Origin: Bdellovibrionota bacterium FG-2 | GTDB taxonomy: Bacteria; Bdellovibrionota; UBA1018 | DNA length: 49,382 nt | Reading direction: 5' to 3' | Assembly (NCBI GenBank): GCA_051382305.1 | Contig: JBBCAV010000107.1 | Location: 1-49,382 of the forward strand | Shown here: piece after piece, positions 47,076 to 49,382 of the stretch | Layout of the letters: the number at the start of each line of letters is the position of its first letter | Numbering within the stretch: position 1 is the stretch's first letter | Made by a program: the position numbers and the translations under genes | Notes under the pieces: model-generated | Seen by the model: only the letters and a program-made list of their open reading frames with translations | Told to the model about the DNA's origin: nothing | The model's database searches: none

Positions 47076-47095
47076 TGATATCAAATATGATATCA
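47076..47095. promoter_or_regulatory. candidate hicAB operator
   Basis: TGATATCA-AATA-TGATATCA double palindrome 20 nt upstream of hicA. Confidence 0.55.
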
Positions 47096-47765
47096 CCTTG
47101 ACAAGGCCGAACTTTCGTCGTGAGCATTATCCCAGCATTTGGGGAAGCAACCCCATTCTACGCTCAGATATAATGGAAACTGTTTTCGTCAGTTAGGTGA
47201 CGTCTCGCCACCATCTTAAGCGTATTCCTGATGGAAATAGGCGTTAATTTCGTCTTTCCCGTTTCCGATAAGAATTTTGAAGGAGGAATGAAGTTGGATA
47301 AGCAGTGATTTTCGCCCTGGGCCGACCAAACGCCTCCTTGGGCGAAGGCAAGTAGCCTTATTAAGGGCCTCGAACATCCGAAAAACAATCAGTGCGAAAA
47401 TCCGGGACTATATTTGCGTTTTGTTGAAGATTAATAGATGACGGTTTGGGCAAAGAAGGGGCGCATAGGGCGGATCAAAACCCTGCTAACTTGACCGAAG
47501 GTGTTCCAAAAGGCGGGGATTGTTGACGGCGGTTTCTGCTTCTTCCGATTGCGCGACATAGCTTAGGCGAACCCGATCGGCCTTCCCGCCTTCGAGGGCA
47601 AGTGGGACTCGGTCCTGCCCGTTTGAGTCAAGGCCAAGAAGAAGCGACTATGCCGCCAGCCCAGATGTAACCTCTTCGTATTCCACAAATGGCTGATTCA
47701 CTTCGCGCCCTGATACCTGTTCCGAACCAGCCAGGACGGAAAGAGATATACCGCGTTCGAAAATT

Positions 47766-48254
47766 TCAGCCTGACGTTCCTAATGACCTGAAGCAGTCTT
47801 GATCCAGGTGCCCTTTACTCATATTCAGGTTTCTTGTTTCCAGAGGGCCTTTGAGACTCCCATACCGTAACTCAAGAGTTTGCCATACTTCGAGATCGAC
47901 CTGCATTCGGCCACCTAGGTCGATCCGACTTGGAATTTCACTCGAATATTTCAGTTCGCGGTCATCATATCGGAGTTCGACAAAAGGAGAGGCGACATCT
48001 TTTGCGAAAAAATAATGATTAATCACTCGCGCAAAAATTTTGCCGCTCATTTGCGGGTTATACAGGTTAATCCAAATTGATTTGGCCTCGAATGACGCTC
48101 CATTGAAGTTGACTTGATAATCGACAGCTAAACTGAAATTAGGGTGGAGAGGTTCGCCGTCCACCCCGCCGATATGGCACCAATTATCCGCAAATGCAGA
48201 ATGCCCAAGTCCTAAGGTAATCATTAATATAAACAGAGTTTTTCGTAGTTTCAT
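47766..48254 (-). CDS. secreted hypothetical protein
   Basis: AAGGA RBS and signal peptide ending SAFA. Confidence 0.65.
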   Translation of the reverse strand: MKLRKTLFILMITLGLGHSAFADNWCHIGGVDGEPLHPNFSLAVDYQVNFNGASFEAKSIWINLYNPQMSGKIFARVINHYFFAKDVASPFVELRYDDRELKYSSEIPSRIDLGGRMQVDLEVWQTLELRYGSLKGPLETRNLNMSKGHLDQDCFRSLGTSG

Positions 48255-48373
48255 ATATTCCTTTGCGATTCGGATTTGAGGTGCATATCGCGACGCGTCA
48301 GTAATGGCAAGTGATTATTGGGGTCGTGCGGTGACCTACCATTTTATGGTCAAAGCATGTTACGCTCATTTGG

Positions 48374-49048
48374 ATGAACGGGTTTGGCTCTGTCTTGATC
48401 TTAATTCTCCCACTGCTCCTCGCTGTTAATTCGCATGCGAGATCAGAATCCAAGAGTTCGTTCACGCCTTCACTCGGAGTTACAAACCTTGCCTATCAAG
48501 AAACCTTTAAGACCGACTACGTGGCTCGGGTGCTGACGGCAAAACTTCAATACCAGCGCCAAATCTTTTCGCCGTCCATTGTTTTGGGAGCAAGCACCTA
48601 TGCTACCGCCCTGATCTTGAGTTCGAATCTACCCGATACGAGTGTCAGGTTTATGGGACTCAACCTTCGACTGGGCTATGCGCCCGTAAAGTCTGCGGGG
48701 TGGAGCTTTGGATTATTTGGGGGTTGGTACTACAATACTATGCAGGTTCAGGATAAGACTTTCGGAGTGAGAAACCTTTCAGGACCGCAAATTTTTCCGA
48801 CAGTAAAGCGACAGTTTGGACCTAATAGTTACGCCTCCGCCTACTTGAAATTCTCCCCCACCTTGGACAACTTATCCTTAATGCCTCTTGAGGATCGAGA
48901 ACTCGGCGCAGGTTTAGGGTGGAATTTATCCTTTGGCAAAAGCAAGCAAGCCTCCATTACGTTTGATGCCTCGAATTTGCGTGAGTATTTCGCGCCTGTT
49001 CAAGTGAATCTGACGACGTATTCGTTGAGCTTTGGACTAGGCTTTTAA
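48374..49048 (+). CDS. outer-membrane beta-barrel protein
   Basis: Signal peptide ending SHA, amphipathic strands and terminal YSLSFGLGF. Confidence 0.65.
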   Translation: MNGFGSVLILILPLLLAVNSHARSESKSSFTPSLGVTNLAYQETFKTDYVARVLTAKLQYQRQIFSPSIVLGASTYATALILSSNLPDTSVRFMGLNLRLGYAPVKSAGWSFGLFGGWYYNTMQVQDKTFGVRNLSGPQIFPTVKRQFGPNSYASAYLKFSPTLDNLSLMPLEDRELGAGLGWNLSFGKSKQASITFDASNLREYFAPVQVNLTTYSLSFGLGF

Positions 49049-49087
49049 TTAGATTCCGTTGCAACAGACACAGTCAACAGAGACGTA

Positions 49088-49315
49088 TTGACTCTTACGA
49101 TTCCAACCCCGACACTTGCTACTTCATCGAGCTCCGTCAGCGGTGCGATGAGCGTAGCGCTCGATCCGATCACGCTTTCCACTTCTGGCTTTGGCGGCAA
49201 GGTCACATTCTCCGTCAGTGCCTCTACACCCCTTCCGACGGGATTGAGTCTTGCATCAACCGGAGACACAACAGCCACCCTCTCAGGGACACCTGTTAGC
49301 GCCCACCCTTCTTGA
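49088..49315 (+). pseudogene. fragment of a putative Ig (He_PIG-like) repeat
   Basis: FSVS...LPTGLSL...ATLSGTP. No signal peptide or convincing start. Confidence 0.4.
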
Positions 49316-49382
49316 CATTCCTTTGCTCACGTTCGCTGTCATTGCCTGAGCAAAAAAAAACGGGGCTGGCATTATTGCGCGA

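Noticed and set aside
47164-47760. Minus-strand gene-like frame broken by several TAG codons
   Set aside because: No recognisable family, start or RBS. It could be a remnant, but I cannot support a call.
1-49382. CRISPR array, rRNA or intact IS transposase
   Set aside because: No regularly spaced repeats, rRNA-like sequence or transposase motifs were seen.

Overview
Bacterial chromosomal window. The signalling-gene repertoire suggests Bdellovibrionota or another delta-proteobacterium-like host (inference only). The centre is a ~25 kb integrative island next to the 3' end of tRNA-Leu(GAG) (35332-35416, minus strand), with a tyrosine integrase and an excisionase-like HTH gene. The island has two divergent operons. 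The rightward operon follows a sigma-54 promoter and encodes an F-type T4SS (traU, a PilB/GspE ATPase, a CxxC thioredoxin, a pilin-like gene, traL/E/K/B/V/C/H/G). No relaxase or coupling protein is recognisable, and a secreted ADP-ribosyltransferase-like gene is inserted on the opposite strand. The leftward operon encodes an NtrC-type sigma-54 activator, a stand-alone HisKA-like mini-protein, a radical SAM/SPASM enzyme, a secreted PqqD/RRE-like protein ending in SSHIASGGGGGWG, an orphan family-5 peptide-binding protein and a hybrid histidine kinase. The best candidate for an undescribed system is therefore a RiPP-pheromone quorum-sensing circuit with LuxP-LuxQ-LuxU-LuxO-like architecture controlling the island's T4SS. 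Left flank: signalling genes, a cyclophilin, an MFS transporter and a DjlA-like gene. Right flank: a second R-S-E ADP-ribosyltransferase-like gene, livKHMGF, a catalytically degenerate Xer-like recombinase, multiheme cytochromes (one split by an in-frame TGA), DUF475 and hicAB. All family assignments come from reading motifs by eye; no searches were run.
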